This document shows, piece after piece, positions 6,427 through 6,669 of a stretch of DNA of 6,669 nt. Below the pieces are notes generated by a model. That model was not told where the DNA came from. It was given only the letters and a program-made list of their open reading frames with translations, and did not search any database. The translations under genes were made by a program, and so were the position numbers. Positions within the stretch are counted from its first letter, which is position 1. Each line of letters begins with the position of its first letter. This DNA is from Octopus sinensis (taxonomy: Eukaryota), in NCBI RefSeq assembly GCF_006345805.1, contig NW_021829210.1, forward strand, positions 1 through 6,669, given 5' to 3'.

Positions 6427-6654
6427 GGCGAGCTGGCAGAAGCGTTAGCACGCCGGGCAAAATACTTTGCGGTATTTCGTCTGCCATTACGTTCTGAGTT
6501 CAAATTCCGCCAAGGTCGACTTTGCCTTTCATCCTTTCGGAGTTGATTAAATAAGTACCAGTTACGCACTGGGGTCGATGTAATCGACTTAATCTGTTTG
6601 TCTGTCCTTGTTTGTCCCCTCCGTGTTTAGCCCCCTGTGGGTAGTAAAGAAATA
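6427..6654 (+). mobile_element. Full-length tRNA-derived SINE (OK-type) with 14-bp target-site duplication
   Basis: Colinear with 2328-2559. Flanked by the perfect direct repeat GGTAATGATCATGC at 6413-6426 and 6655-6668. Confidence 0.95.
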
Positions 6655-6669
6655 GGTAATGATCATGCT

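Overview
Non-coding, repeat-saturated animal genomic DNA, most likely octopus (coleoid cephalopod), judged from recalled resemblance of the tRNA-derived SINEs and the dense (TA)n/(AAT)n microsatellites. There is no intact protein-coding gene, and nearly all supplied ORFs are microsatellite or repeat artefacts. The window holds two full-length tRNA-headed SINEs (one with a perfect 14-bp target-site duplication), three minus-strand fragments of a second SINE family, three RTE-related repeats (one with a 63-bp minisatellite) and a decayed RTE reverse-transcriptase fragment. The most interesting content is a set of short modules embedded in or ending at (TA)n tracts. Two carry minimal type-I hammerhead ribozyme folds of the kind found in Penelope-like pseudo-LTRs (4794-4856 +, 6017-6051 -). 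Two are ~330-bp 'long hairpin + one-sided tail' elements (1635-1973, 3161-3484) with largely different arm sequences but a shared GAAATAGCAGCCAAA core. There is also an arm-only relative of these and a branched fold-back at 2572-2761.
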